Below are positions 63,806 to 64,000 of a DNA stretch of 64,000 nucleotides, in pieces. The stretch is from Pelagomonas calceolata (Eukaryota). Position 1 is the stretch's first letter. Each line of letters starts with the position of its first letter. Made by a program: the position numbers and the translations under genes. A model generated the notes under the pieces. That model made no database searches. It was given only the letters and a program-made list of their open reading frames with translations, and was not told where the DNA came from. The stretch spans positions 1,674,001-1,738,000 of the forward strand of contig CAKKNE010000003.1 in NCBI GenBank assembly GCA_918797485.1. Direction: 5' to 3'.

Positions 63806-64000
63806 ATGCAGCGGCGGCTCCTAAACTTCCTCTTGCTCTCAGCAAGTGCAGCGTTTTTGCACAGTGCACAAATCAATCTAGCTGTACGCCATCGACGCGA
63901 CGCCTGCTCGACGTCTGTATTGCGCACAGGTTCGCACCACTGCATCGGGCAGCCGCGCCGTCGCGCGTCGTGCGTTACGCGAGCGACATCCAAGCAGCGT
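63806..64000 (+). CDS. 5' end of a plastid-targeted protein; introner intron 63853-63929
   Basis: After splicing it reads MQRRLLNFLLLSASAAFAPLHRAAAPSRVVRYASD, a signal peptide plus ASAFAP-type motif and transit peptide. Confidence 0.7.
   Translation, partial: MQRRLLNFLLLSASAAFLHSAQINLAVRHRRDACSTSVLRTGSHHCIGQPRRRASCVTRATSKQR
63862..63929 (+). mobile_element. Introner-like element IE10
   Basis: CAGTGCACAAATCAA...ACGCCATCGACGCGACGCCTGCTCGAC...ATTGCGCACAG. Confidence 0.8.

Noticed and set aside
18782..63929. Repeated CTGTGTGGAAATCAA units as CRISPR repeats or a conserved CVEI(K/N) peptide
   Set aside because: They are dispersed, inverted-paired and intronic in a eukaryote, with no regular spacers or cas genes. 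The peptide is translated intron sequence.

Overview
A GC-rich, very gene-dense eukaryotic nuclear segment from a photosynthetic stramenopile. It is most likely a pelagophyte such as Pelagomonas; this is inferred from a nuclear PsbW, ASAF-type bipartite plastid-targeting peptides and introner-type introns. About 33 protein-coding genes are recognisable, including RPS4, UTP10/HEATR1, SPB1, TFIIF-alpha, Tim10, SEM1/DSS1, dynein light chain, PP2C, LMF, an SLC35 transporter, an importin-beta-like protein and two cold-shock-domain genes. Three non-coding layers stand out. (1) Ten copies of a short TIR element (CTGTGTGGAAATCAA...TTGATTTCCACACAG and a CTGTGCGCAAAT variant), most with recognisable 8-bp target-site duplications; each forms a reading-frame-restoring intron, in either orientation. 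(2) A CTAG-bounded ~20-23 bp motif (sense consensus CTAGCGKCYTGTAAGACACTAG) found nine times, always in the same orientation ~90-220 bp upstream of a start codon. (3) A ~110-130 bp dispersed repeat in three copies just downstream of stop codons. Also notable are a TGA-TAATG stop/start-coupled ORF pair, an in-frame TGA inside the importin-like gene, and several unusual domain fusions. All protein assignments come from motif recognition by eye; no database searches were run.
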